The position numbers were made by a program, and so were the translations under genes. Below the pieces are notes generated by a model, which worked only from the letters and a program-made list of their open reading frames with translations, ran no database searches and had not been told where the DNA came from. A stretch of DNA of 64,000 nt from Candidatus Binatia bacterium (GTDB lineage Bacteria > Desulfobacterota > Binatia > UBA9968 > CAXXLF01). The DNA lies in assembly GCA_963664015.2 (NCBI GenBank), contig CAXXLF010000001.1:576001-640000 (forward strand), in the 5' to 3' direction. Position 1 is the first letter of the stretch; every line of letters begins with the position of its first letter. This document shows, one piece after another, positions 10,615 to 21,007 of this stretch.

Positions 10615-11085
10615 TCAGCTCCTCCTTGTCTCACTGACGTGCGATCCCAGCTCCTGTTCCACCCGCGTAATCTTATCCAAACGTCTTTTATGCCGACCTC
10701 CCGCGAACTGGGTTTCGAGCCAGGACTGAAGGATTCCTTCCGCAACTTGCGGTTCGGTTTTCTTCCCGCCCAGGACCAGCACGTTCGAGTTGTTGTGTTC
10801 GCGGCTCATTTGGGCATCCTCACGGTCGTGAACCAGTGCCGCTCTGACCCTGGGAAACTTATTGGCCAGAATGGACATACCAATACCGCTCGTGCAGATC
10901 AGGATACCTCGCTCCGCGTCGCCGCGGGACACCTCCAGCGACACCAGCCGCCCAAAGTCGGGGTAGTCCACGGACTTGCTCCCTTGAGTACCTACGTCCA
11001 TCACCTCTAGCCCTTTGGTCCGCAGAACACCGACCAGAAACTTCTTGAGTTCCAGTCCTCCGTGATCGCTCCCTATAACAATCAT
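10615..11085 (-). CDS. rpiB: Ribose-5-phosphate isomerase B
   Basis: GSDHGG, SVDYPD, ICTSGIGMSI, REHNNSNVL, GGRH. Confidence 0.95.
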   Translation of the reverse strand: MIVIGSDHGGLELKKFLVGVLRTKGLEVMDVGTQGSKSVDYPDFGRLVSLEVSRGDAERGILICTSGIGMSILANKFPRVRAALVHDREDAQMSREHNNSNVLVLGGKKTEPQVAEGILQSWLETQFAGGRHKRRLDKITRVEQELGSHVSETRRS

Positions 11086-11117
11086 GCAGTGTCTCCGTTA
11101 GGACCCCTTACAATAAT

Positions 11118-11157
11118 AAAAAAATCGCAGAAGCATGGACCCTGCCACCTCCTGCGA
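11118..11157 (-). terminator. Putative intrinsic terminator downstream of acpP
   Basis: Minus strand stem TCGCAGGAG...CTTCTGCGA followed by T7. Confidence 0.6.
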
Positions 11158-11250
11158 CTTGGATCTGAACCGGCAAGGCAATGATTCCCATGGAATTATA
11201 CCTGCCCTTACCGAACTGACGGCAACCACTCCCCTTTGGATTCAAGGGGA

Positions 11251-11487
11251 TTACTTGTGACCCTCGATATAGGTGACAACGTCGTGTACGGTTTTGATCT
11301 TTTCCGCATCCTCGTCGGAGATCTCCATCTCGTACTCCTCTTCCAGGGCCATAACAAGCTCAACAATGTCTAACGAGTCTGCACCCAGATCGTCAATGAA
11401 CGAGGCCTGCGGGGTCGCCTCTTCTTCACTCACACCCAGCTGCTCGCAGACAATCTCCTTCACCCTTGCATCTATGCTTGCTGCCAT
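11251..11487 (-). CDS. acpP: Acyl carrier protein
   Basis: [19 protein letters not shown]. Confidence 0.97.
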   Translation of the reverse strand: MAASIDARVKEIVCEQLGVSEEEATPQASFIDDLGADSLDIVELVMALEEEYEMEISDEDAEKIKTVHDVVTYIEGHK

Positions 11488-11514
11488 GATTGATCCTCCT
11501 ATCCCACTTTTTTC

Positions 11515-12264
11515 CTACACATACAGTCCACCATTCACATTGATTACTTGTCCGGTTATATAATTCGCACCGGTTCCCACCAGAAAGGCGATGGTTTCCG
11601 CTACATCCTCGCCGGTTCCAAACCGAGCCAGGGGTATGGAACGCAGGAACTCCTCGCGAAGCTCTGCACTCAAAGCAGCTGTCATTTCTGTATCTATAAA
11701 ACCGGGGGCCACGGCATTAACGGTAATCCCCCGCGAAGCCAATTCACGGGCCATGGCCTTTGTGAAGCCAATAATCCCGGCCTTCGAGGATGCGTATACG
11801 GACTGCCCAGCGTTGCCCATCTGCCCCACCACGGAAGTCAGGTTGACTATACGGCCGTAGCGTGCCCGAACCATCCTTCTACAAACAGATTTGGTGCAGT
11901 TAAACGTTCCCTTAAGATTGACGCCGATTACCCGGTCCCATTCCTCAGCGCTGACACGGATCAGTAGATTATCCGACGTAAGGCCCGCGTTGTTGATAAG
12001 AATATCAATTTTTTTATGCTGGTCAACGATTTTCTTTACCGCGGCCTCGACCTGGTCCTCTTGAGCGATATCGAAAGGTACCAATTGACCTTCGCCGCCC
12101 TCGCCGGTGAGAGCCGCCAGGGTTGCCTCAGCCGCCTCTCGGTTCTCCCGGTAGTTGATCATGACCCTGGCACCGCGACGCCCCAGAGTCAGGGCAATGG
12201 CCTTGCCGATTCCACGGCTCGCCCCGGTTACCAGCGCGACCTGTCCTTTCAGAGTCAATTCCAT
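11515..12264 (-). CDS. fabG: 3-oxoacyl-ACP reductase
   Basis: TGASRGIG, NNAG, YASSK; fab operon context. Confidence 0.95.
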   Translation of the reverse strand: MELTLKGQVALVTGASRGIGKAIALTLGRRGARVMINYRENREAAEATLAALTGEGGEGQLVPFDIAQEDQVEAAVKKIVDQHKKIDILINNAGLTSDNLLIRVSAEEWDRVIGVNLKGTFNCTKSVCRRMVRARYGRIVNLTSVVGQMGNAGQSVYASSKAGIIGFTKAMARELASRGITVNAVAPGFIDTEMTAALSAELREEFLRSIPLARFGTGEDVAETIAFLVGTGANYITGQVINVNGGLYV

Positions 12265-13208
12265 TGGGGCCCCGCCTCTTTCAGAGCAGCCAGACTCTTG
12301 GGACCATCCATATTTTTCACTGCCAGGCTCGGGTCTATCCTACGAACCAATCCGGAGAGGACCTTGCCCGGACCGATCTCCAAGACCTGCTGGCAGCCCA
12401 ACTCCTTGAGACGTCGAACGGAATCTTCCCAAAGGACGGGGCGAACGATCTGCTCAACCAGAAGCGACTTGACCCGGCCAGGATCCAAATTCAATTCGGC
12501 CTCGACGTTGTTCACCACACCGACGGAAAACGGATGCACCTGAATTTCGTCCAATTTCGCCTTCAAACCCTCTGCCGCGGAAGACATCATGGGGCAGTGA
12601 AACGGAGCGCTTACGGGAAGTTCCATCACCCTTTTGGCCCCGCGCTCCGAGGCAAGCTTCATGGTCCGGAGCACCGCCTCCCGTTTCCCGGCAATGACGA
12701 CCTGCCCTCCCCCGTTGAGATTGGCTAGCCCCACCACTTCCCCCTCAGCAGCCTCATCACAGACCGACTGAAGCTCGGTGGTTTCCATCCCCATGACCAC
12801 GGCCATCAGTCCCTCACCCTGCGGTACGGCCTTCTGCATCAGACGCCCCCGCTCGCAAACGGTTGCCACGGCGTCCCGGAAAGTCAAGGCGCCTGCGCTG
12901 ACCAGGGCGCTGTACTCTCCCAGGCTGTGGCCGGCAACGCAGAACGGCTGCAAAGAAGATTCGGTCTCGAGGGCCCTAAGGGCCGCTATGGAGACGGTGA
13001 GTATCGCCGGTTGCGTGTTTTCCGTGCGCAGCAGCTCCTCGTTGGGTCCCGAAAAGCAGAGCTGCCTCAACGGAAACCCAAGGACGTCCTCCGCCTCCAT
13101 AAATGTCTGCTTGGCAATGTCGAACTGCTCGCAGAGTTCCTTGCCCATACCCACCGACTGGGAGCCCTGTCCGGGGAAGACAAACGCAATCTTATTCTTT
13201 ACTGCCAC
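12255..13208 (-). CDS. fabD: Malonyl-CoA:ACP transacylase
   Basis: FPGQGSQ, GHSLGEY, SAPFHC. Confidence 0.96.
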   Translation of the reverse strand: MAVKNKIAFVFPGQGSQSVGMGKELCEQFDIAKQTFMEAEDVLGFPLRQLCFSGPNEELLRTENTQPAILTVSIAALRALETESSLQPFCVAGHSLGEYSALVSAGALTFRDAVATVCERGRLMQKAVPQGEGLMAVVMGMETTELQSVCDEAAEGEVVGLANLNGGGQVVIAGKREAVLRTMKLASERGAKRVMELPVSAPFHCPMMSSAAEGLKAKLDEIQVHPFSVGVVNNVEAELNLDPGRVKSLLVEQIVRPVLWEDSVRRLKELGCQQVLEIGPGKVLSGLVRRIDPSLAVKNMDGPKSLAALKEAGPQWN

Positions 13209-14316
13209 CGTCGATTTCTTTTCCTTCCTGTTCCGTCACCGGCTTTTCCCCCAGGGTATCAATCTTCGAAGGAATCTGCTTCCACCTACGGCGTGAGAAT
13301 GGATCCCTTCCGTCTCGAATATTCTCCAATCCACCTAGGACTTCGATAATGTGTCGGTTGACGTCGTGAGAAACCGTCTCATCGGCCACGCGTACAGCAC
13401 TCTTGATGGCCTTGGGAGAAGAGCCTCCATGAGCGATGATAGCCACGCCATCGAGACCCAACAGGGGTGCTCCACCGATTTCCGCATAATCCATTCGGAT
13501 GGCGGCCTGCCGCAACGATCTTTTGCTTAATAGGAGCCCGATACGGCCCAGAGTGGAACTCATAAAGGCGCCTTTGAATTCCTTCACGACCCAGCTGGCA
13601 ACTCCCTCCATCGTCTTGAGAACCACATTGCCTGTAAATCCGTCGCAGACGACCACATCGACCTCACCCCTGGTAATATCACGACCCTCCACATAACCGA
13701 TGCAATTGAGCGGCGTGGACTGTAGCAGTTCGCTGGCGGACCGGGTCAGGTCATTCCCTTTGCCCTCCTCCGCCCCATTGCTCAGTACCCCCACACGGGG
13801 TCGATCGATTTGCAGTATATTCTCCGCGTAGATTGAACCCATCACTGCGAACTGGGCCAGGTGGCGCGGCTTGCACTCGGTGTTGGCGCCACCGTCGATG
13901 AGCAGGGGGCCCTTGCCGGGACCCGTAGGCAGCACCACCAAAATGGCAGGCCTTTCCACATAGGGAAGGTTCCCCATGATGAACATCCCCGCGGCCATCA
14001 TGGCCCCCGAGTTGCCCGCACTGATCACCGCGTCGGCCTCGCCGCGCTTCATCATCTGGAAGGCAACCTTAATGGAGGTGTCCCTCATTTTCACCGAACT
14101 GCTCGGAGACTCATCCATAGCCACCGCACGCGAGGCATGTACGACCCGAATGGGCGAGTTCTGAACCGAGTGTTTCTCCAATTCCCGATTGACCGCATCG
14201 CTGCGGCCCACAAGGATGATCTCGACGTTCAGTTCCCTTGCGGCAAGAACCGCGCCTTCAACTACCGAGCTGGGAGCGAGGTCGCCACCCATGGCATCAA
14301 CGGCAATTCGGTTCAT
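13192..14316 (-). CDS. plsX: Phosphate acyltransferase PlsX
   Basis: IAVDAMGGD, SAGNSGA, CDGFTGNVVLK, GGAPLLG. Confidence 0.96.
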   Translation of the reverse strand: MNRIAVDAMGGDLAPSSVVEGAVLAARELNVEIILVGRSDAVNRELEKHSVQNSPIRVVHASRAVAMDESPSSSVKMRDTSIKVAFQMMKRGEADAVISAGNSGAMMAAGMFIMGNLPYVERPAILVVLPTGPGKGPLLIDGGANTECKPRHLAQFAVMGSIYAENILQIDRPRVGVLSNGAEEGKGNDLTRSASELLQSTPLNCIGYVEGRDITRGEVDVVVCDGFTGNVVLKTMEGVASWVVKEFKGAFMSSTLGRIGLLLSKRSLRQAAIRMDYAEIGGAPLLGLDGVAIIAHGGSSPKAIKSAVRVADETVSHDVNRHIIEVLGGLENIRDGRDPFSRRRWKQIPSKIDTLGEKPVTEQEGKEIDGGSKE

Positions 14317-14333
14317 GGATCTAAATGGAATGC

Positions 14334-14516
14334 TCAGGCCTCTTCGGTAGGCACCACCGCCCTACCCCGGTAATGCCCGCAACTAGGGCATGCCCGGTGC
14401 CGCGCTGTGGTTTCACCGCACTTGGGGCATACGCTCCATTGGGGAGCTACCAGGCCATCGTGGGATCGGCGTTTGTTCCTTTTGCTCTTGGAGGTTCTTC
14501 TCTTGGGTACCGGCAT
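14334..14516 (-). CDS. rpmF: 50S ribosomal protein L32
   Basis: MPVPKRRTSKSKRNKRRSH, CPKC..HRACPSCG. Confidence 0.96.
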   Translation of the reverse strand: MPVPKRRTSKSKRNKRRSHDGLVAPQWSVCPKCGETTARHRACPSCGHYRGRAVVPTEEA

Positions 14517-14576
14517 CTCAGTTCAGGTTCCTTCCTAATTTACGGCAGCGATACAATCGGGGAGACGCGAGGAAGG

Positions 14577-15107
14577 CTATCGCTCCAGCCTTAGACCGCG
14601 AAGAACCGCCAGTCGCGGATCATCTGACTTGAAGGTGCAGCGACAGGACTCCATGTTGAGGTCCACTCCACACCCCGAACAAAGCCCACGGCATTCGCTG
14701 TCGCAGAGGGGCCGCATGGCGAGTATCAAAATAGCCTCTTCCCGGATGTAAGGGGAAAGATCGATTTCGTCAGACGAATAAAAGCCCAATCCCAGCTCAC
14801 CCCGGTTTAACCCTCTACTCTTAGCGGGCGGGAGTTCCGGGGTCAAGACGAAGTCAAACCTTTTTTCAATGGAGGAAGGATAGCTCTTGAGACAACGACT
14901 GCAGCATCCTTCGACTGTTCCGGTCAGGACACCATGAAAAAAGATGTCCCGGCCCGACCGATAGTAGCTCAGTTCGACCTCAATCGGCGCGAGGAAGCGA
15001 AAATCCGAACGGGGATCAGTCGCACAGGTCCGATTGAGCTCATCTACTCCCTCTTGAAAACGGATGTCCCTAGGGGACTCCGTAACCTGATTGACTGCTA
15101 GTTTCAC
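14577..15107 (-). CDS. yceD: YceD/DUF177 family protein
   Basis: CSRCL, PLCDSECRGLCSGCG, DPRLAVL; upstream of rpmF. Confidence 0.9.
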   Translation of the reverse strand: MKLAVNQVTESPRDIRFQEGVDELNRTCATDPRSDFRFLAPIEVELSYYRSGRDIFFHGVLTGTVEGCCSRCLKSYPSSIEKRFDFVLTPELPPAKSRGLNRGELGLGFYSSDEIDLSPYIREEAILILAMRPLCDSECRGLCSGCGVDLNMESCRCTFKSDDPRLAVLRGLRLER

Positions 15108-15127
15108 CGATCGGCTCCAGAAAATTT

Positions 15128-15155
15128 AGTATATGGATTTTACGTTTAATGTCAA
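15128..15155 (-). promoter_or_regulatory. Putative sigma70 promoter of the yceD-rpmF-plsX-fab operon
   Basis: Minus strand TTGACA-N16-TATACT. Confidence 0.6.
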
Positions 15156-15506
15156 GGTGATTTCCCGGAAAGGATCTGGTTTATTGATAAGTTCCACGCC
15201 TTTAGTTAGAACGAGGTTTCAGGATTTCATTGAATTCCGGATTAATTCTACTATTGTTTACAGCGGGCATCGTCCCACAGTCAAAATCCTCTAAGATCTA
15301 AGAGATGATAGCTCCAAGCTCCCGGCAAGCAAAGCACTCGAATGTCACGCAATAAACTTCGTGGCAGTGGGTTTTTATCCACAGCGCAAAAACCAAATGA
15401 CCAAGGCCCTCGTTCCTTCTCCAATTGAAGAATTGATCGCCCAGGCCGAAACGCCTCTAACCTTGGGGAGGAGCTCTTGTCCGGCTTCAAGTTGAATTAA
15501 GGTTCA

Positions 15507-16250
15507 ATGATAGAAGTATCGCACGTTTCAAAATTCTACGGGGAGTACCCTGCTGTACAAGATATCTCCTTTAGCGCGTAGAGGGGCGAAATCCTCGGAT
15601 TTCTCGGTCCCAATGGTGCCGGCAAAAGCACCACCATGCGCATTATCGCCGGCTTCATTCCGGCTTCCCATGGCAACGTCCTCGTAGAGGGATTCGATAT
15701 ATACAAGGAATCCCACGAGGTGCGCCGACGGCTAGGATACCTACCGGATAACCCGCCCCTCTACAACGACATGACCGTCGGTTCTTATCTAAAGTTTGTC
15801 GCCACCATCAAGGGAGTCGCTAATGACCCCATCTCGGCGCCCCTGGCGGCAACGCTAGAGAGGTGTTCCCTGGAAGGGGTCGCCGACCGGCTCATCCGCC
15901 ACTTGTCCAAGGGGTACTGTCAACGGGTGGGGCTGGCCCAGGCCTTGATCCACGATCCGCCGGTTTTGATCCTGGACGAACCCACCCTGGGGCTCGACCC
16001 GAAACAGACCCTGGAAATGCGCCGGCTAATCAAGGATCTTGCGGGAGACCGGACCGTTATTCTTTCGACTCACATCCTGCCCGAGGTCTCCCAGATCTGC
16101 AACAAACTGGTCATCATCAACCGCGGCAAGCTCATCATCGAGGACAGCATCAAAGAGATCACCCGGGGGACCACCCTGGAGGACATCTTTATCCGCTATC
16201 TATCCGAAGGCGCCGAAGGCGAATCCAATGGGGATCACCGCGAGCCATGA
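15507..16250 (+). pseudogene. ABC transporter ATP-binding protein (GldA-like) with an in-frame stop
   Basis: ATG 15507 MIEVSHVSKFYG...SFSA*RGEILGFLGPNGAGKST; TAG 15579-15581 precedes Walker A; LSKG and ILDEP downstream. Confidence 0.88.
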
Positions 16251-17021
16251 GAAACATCATCACACTAGGGAAAAAAGAAATCCGTTCGCTTTTCGTCTCT
16301 CCCATCGCCTACGTGCTTCTGACGGGCTATCTCCTGCTGGGCGGGTGGCTTTTTTTCAACCTGCTGTTCCAATTCGACACCCTGGTCACCCTATAGGGCA
16401 ACTCTCAAAACGCGCAGAGTCTACAGATGTTAAACCTGAACGAGCGCATCATCGCCCCGCTCCTCCATGATCTGATCATCCTGCTCGTCATCATGGTCCC
16501 CTTTATCACCATGCGAAGTTTTGCCGAGGAAAAACGCAACAGGACCTACTAAATGCTCCTGACCTCACCGCTCACGGTGCTGGAGCTGGTGCTGGGCAAG
16601 TACCTGGGCTGTCTCTTCTTCCTTGGCCTCATGATCCTGGCGGCCTTTATCTATCCCTGCATCCTTCTCATCTTTGGGGACCCCGAGATCGGCCCTCTCG
16701 TGGCGGGGTACTTGGGCCTGTTTTTCATCGGCGCCGTATTCGTAGCCGTTGGGATCTTTACCTCTTCCCTCACCGAGAACCAGATCATCGCTGCGGTAAC
16801 TTGTTTTGTCATCCTGTTGCTCCTGTACGTATTATCCTGGCCCGCAGTTGCTTCCATCACTATCGCGGGGCAAAATCTTAAAATACCTGTCAATAGTGGA
16901 GCACTTCAGCGTGATGGGACACGGACTCATCGACACACGGAATCTCTTTTACTTTTTGACCTTAATAGTGCTGTGCCTCTTTCTGACGCAGCGCTCGGTG
17001 GAATCGTCCCGCTAGAGATAA
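16247..17021 (+). pseudogene. ABC-2 permease (GldF-like), disrupted several times
   Basis: KKEIRSLFVSPIAY, ITMRSFAEEK, LLTSP motifs; TAG 16394, TAA 16550, frameshift ~16860, TAG 17013 in ESSR*R*. Confidence 0.85.
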
Positions 17022-17030
17022 CCTCGGCCT

Positions 17031-18561
17031 ATGAGATCGGCAAAGCTGCTACAGTTATCCGGCATGACCGGTTCCGTCCTGTTCCTGTTCGGTGTAGTCG
17101 CCTACTTTCCCCCGCCACGGAACATGGACCTCTTCGTCCAGTTCCATCTGGGACTTGGCCTACTGCTCTTTCTCACCTTCATATCGACCCAGGGGATGAC
17201 AGTGATCCGTTCACTACGTCGCCGCTCCACCCGCTATGGTCTCCACACGATCATCTACTCTTTGATCTTCGTCGGGATCCTGGTCCTGCTCAACTTTCTC
17301 AACGCCCGTTACTTTCTCCGCTGGGACCTGACCGAGGCCAAAATCTTTACCCTGTCCCCGCAATCGATCCGGGTCGTGCGCGGCCTGCAGCAAGACCTGG
17401 AAATCTATGGATTCTTCGACGGGGAGGAAAACCATCAGATCGCCGACCTGATCGAGAGCTACCGTTATCATTCCCCCAAGATCAAGTTCGAAGTGGTCGA
17501 CCCCAGCCGCTACCCGGACATGGCCAAACGTTTAAACGTGCAACAGACCGACACCCTTCACCTGCGCTACGGCAACGCCTCGGCCAGCGTACAGAACCCA
17601 ACCGAAGGCGCCATCACCAATGCAATTATGAAGTTTATGGGCAGGGGGGGAAAGAAAATTTTATTACTTAACCGGCCATGGAGAGCCAAGCCTCACCGAA
17701 ACAGAACGTGACCAGGGCCACGCCGTCGTTAAGCAAACTCTTGAAAACAACATTTATGAAGTCGAGGAGGTGCTTCTTTCAAGTACTCGGCGGGTCCCTA
17801 AAGATGCCTCCCTGGTCCTCATCGCAGGCCCGGTAAAGCCTCTCCTGGATCCCGAATTCGAGGCCATCGACGAGTATCTGAAGACCGGCGGTAAGGTCAT
17901 GTTACTGCTTCCGCCGCCGGACAATAATACCTTGAACAGCTATCTTAAGAAGTGGGGTAGGAACGTGGGGAGTAACGTCGTGGTGAATCAGGTGATCCGG
18001 CTCTTCTCCGGGCCATCGCTGGGGATCCAGCCTATCGTCGAGACCTACAGCCAGGATCATCCGGTGACTCAGGGCTTCAAAGAGCGAACTATCTTCCCTA
18101 TGGTGCGGTCCGTCGAGCCCACCACGAAGACCTGGAAGGGATTGGAGACAACCTCCCTGATTGAAACCAGTGCGACCAGCTGGGCCGAATCCGACGTGGA
18201 TACCATCTTCGGTCAAGGCAAGGCCTCCATGGATAAGGACGATGTGCAAGGCCCCATCTCCATCGCCGTAGGACTCACGGCCAAGTTAAGAGACGGCAAC
18301 GCCAAGATGATCGTTGTGGGCGGTTCGTCATTCGCCAACAACAAGTTCATCAAGGAATTTTTCAACCGCGCCCTCTTCCTGAACATGACCAACTGGCTGA
18401 TTGGGAACTAACGGCTCCTTTCCGTCCGTCCCCGTACCAGGCAGTCGTCGCGTATCCAGTTGACGGAGAATCAAGGCAGCACGGTTTTCTATCTCTCATT
18501 TCTCATCCTGCCCGAGATTCTGCTCGTTGCCAGGCTCGGCGTGTGGTGGAACAGGAGATAG
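17031..18561 (+). pseudogene. GldG-family ABC auxiliary component, disrupted
   Basis: WDLTEAKIFTLS; frameshift at ~17660 restores YYLTGHGE; TAA 18409; C-terminal TM ending GVWWNRR*. Confidence 0.85.
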
Positions 18562-18564
18562 GTG

Positions 18565-19479
18565 ATGGGCACACACAGGACGCTTGTCTCCCTGACCGTA
18601 CTTATTGTCCTGGGCCTCTACGTCTTCCTGTTCGAGCTCAGGGACAAGACTCAGGACCTCCATGAGTATTCCCGCCGCGACGTGAACCGACTGGTCCTGA
18701 CCTACCGGGATCAAAGGATCGAGGTGAGCCGGGAGCCGTCAGGTGACTGGCGGTTGATCCACCCGCTGCAGGTCTCCGCCGACGCGTCAACAATCGAAGC
18801 GATCCTTTCTACCCTGCGGCAAAGTAAGATAAAGAGCGTGCTGGAAGAAGATCCAAGCGAGGGTTACCTGAAGAGCTTCGGCTTGCGCCAGCCGTGGGCC
18901 AGTCTGGCCATGATCACGAGCAGCGGGGAACCGCTTCCTCCCATCCTGGTTGGGGAAATGTCACCGTTAGGCGACCAGGCCTATGTCCGGCGGGGAGATT
19001 ACTCCGCTGTCTTGCTGACCGGCGCGGGTCTCAAGACAACGCTGGAGAAAACCGTAGCCGATTTCAGGGACAAGAGGATCCTTCGGTTCAACCGATGAAA
19101 AGTGGCAAGGCTGGAGATCAAGAAAAACGACGAACGCGTGGTCCTGGTCCGCGACAAAAGGGGCAACTGGAACATGGGAGCGCCTCGCGAAGGCAAGGTC
19201 AACCGAAAGGCTGTCAACGATTACCTGGCCACCCTGCTCCAGCTTCGGGCGGAGGAATTTTCCTACCAAGAGACCCCTGATCTGAAAAAATACCGATTGC
19301 AGGATCCAGTTCTGGTCATTTCATTCGAGGGAGACTCCTCGCGTAAGATTGAGACCCTCCTGGTCAGTGAAAACGAAAACTTTTTCCTCATGCGGGATGA
19401 CCATCCCACGTTTTACACCATCGATCCGATTTCCTACATCGCTATCCACAAAACCGCCTCAGATTTTCTCGCCAGCTAA
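18565..19479 (+). pseudogene. DUF4340-domain protein with an in-frame stop
   Basis: N-terminal TM, WRLIHP, FGLRQP, DFRDKRI; TGA 19096 separates two same-frame ORFs. Confidence 0.75.
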
Positions 19480-19552
19480 TCCAATTCCGCAGAAACTCCC
19501 TTGTGGATGGGTAGGCTTTCTGTTAACCATTTTTAATGGAAGGTGCACAGTT

Positions 19553-20455
19553 ATGAACGGACGCCTTGGATTGATTCATTCGGCCTTGCCCAGCAGTGTG
19601 GATCTGCGCGTGGAGATTCCCGAGCGCCATCCATCGAGCCGCACTCTCGGCTCGGAACGGATGGGGTCCGGCACCCTCGTCGACCCGCAGGGTTACATCA
19701 TCACGGTGAACTACGTCGTCATGGGGGCGCGCACCATTACGGTCACCCTCATGGGCGAGAAGCAGTACGCCGGTGAATTGATTGCACAGGACTTCGAGTC
19801 GGGTTTGGCCCTCATCAAAATCCCGGCACAGGACCTTCCCTATTTACGCCCCGCCCCGGGGGATGAAGTCCAAACGGGCCAGGCGACCTTTATCGTCGCC
19901 AGCACCGGCAACACGGGGCGCCGGGTAAGTGGCGGGTATGTGACTTCGTTGGAAGCCTATGATGCCCAATGGGAGTTTCTCCTGGAAAAGTCCATTCGCA
20001 CTACCGCTTTCAATCCCGGCTTCGGGGGCGGCGCCCTCGTCGACTTCCAGGGACGGCTCATGGGGGTCGTGGCTTTCAACCTGAACGAGATGGCGAAGTT
20101 TTCCCTGGCCATTCCCATCGAGTACTACTTTCAATACGAGCAGGAGCTGAAACAGCACGGCATGGTCCGTAGCCGCCCGCAGCGCTCGTGGCTCGGTTTT
20201 TATCCCCAGCTCTTTGCCGGGCACCTGGTAGTCGCCAGCGTCGTCCAAGGCGGGCCCGCGGAACAGAACGGCATGAAAGAAGGAGACATCATCCTTCGAG
20301 TGGAAGATCAGAAGATCCAGTCGCGCACCGAGCTTTACCGCGAGATCTGGAAGAAACAACCCGGTGAGAAGATTTCTTTCCGCTTACTCAGAGACGAGGA
20401 ATCGATCAACCTGGCGGTCGTCAGCGGCAACCGCAGCGAATTCTACAAGAACTGA
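19553..20455 (+). CDS. S1C (HtrA-like) trypsin-fold plus PDZ protein with a degenerate catalytic triad
   Basis: GSG, ITVNYVV, SGLALI, NPGFGGGAL, WLG..GPA..GDII PDZ. Confidence 0.85.
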   Translation: MNGRLGLIHSALPSSVDLRVEIPERHPSSRTLGSERMGSGTLVDPQGYIITVNYVVMGARTITVTLMGEKQYAGELIAQDFESGLALIKIPAQDLPYLRPAPGDEVQTGQATFIVASTGNTGRRVSGGYVTSLEAYDAQWEFLLEKSIRTTAFNPGFGGGALVDFQGRLMGVVAFNLNEMAKFSLAIPIEYYFQYEQELKQHGMVRSRPQRSWLGFYPQLFAGHLVVASVVQGGPAEQNGMKEGDIILRVEDQKIQSRTELYREIWKKQPGEKISFRLLRDEESINLAVVSGNRSEFYKN

Positions 20456-20518
20456 GAGGATCCGGCCGCTCAGCACCTCCCAGGTCGGCTACTCACACTT
20501 AGTATCCGTTCGACTCCC

Positions 20519-21007
20519 ATGGGCAAGATCAAGGCCATCACCCGAAGCCGCATTACCTACCGGGTCATTTACGGTGACACCGATCAAATGGGCGTCACCT
20601 ATTACGCCAATTACTTGAAGTGGTTCGAGATGGGCCGGAACGACTTCATGCGGAAGATCGGCACACCATACACTTCGGTTGAAAAGACTGGGCTCTACTT
20701 TCCCGTCGTCGAGGTCTCCTGCCGCTACCACAGCCCGGCCCATTACGACGATGTGATCGTCATCGAGACCTCCCTCACGGAGCTGGGTCCGGTGACCCTC
20801 ACCTTTTCCTACGAGCTGTCCGGACAGAGGGACAAGCAACTACTCTCCACCGGTTGGACCAAGCACGCCTGCCTGGACCATGAAGGCCAGATCACCAAGA
20901 TGCTGCCGAACATGCAAGCGTCACTGAAGGCGGGACTCTCCTCCATTCCCTCCCACCGCCAAGCACGGACAAGACCGAGAAAAAAGAGGTCAAGCAAACC
21001 GGCTTAA
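20519..21007 (+). CDS. Acyl-CoA thioesterase, YbgC/4HBT family
   Basis: RVIYGDTDQMGVTYYANYLKWFEMGR. Confidence 0.9.
   Translation: MGKIKAITRSRITYRVIYGDTDQMGVTYYANYLKWFEMGRNDFMRKIGTPYTSVEKTGLYFPVVEVSCRYHSPAHYDDVIVIETSLTELGPVTLTFSYELSGQRDKQLLSTGWTKHACLDHEGQITKMLPNMQASLKAGLSSIPSHRQARTRPRKKRSSKPA

Noticed and set aside
1958-14632. Many antisense and overlapping ORFs in the track
   Set aside because: They are shadow frames of well-supported housekeeping genes and show no motifs.
16553-17671. 372-aa ORF as a real protein
   Set aside because: It is a permease fragment running past a frameshift into an off-frame reading of the gldG-like gene.
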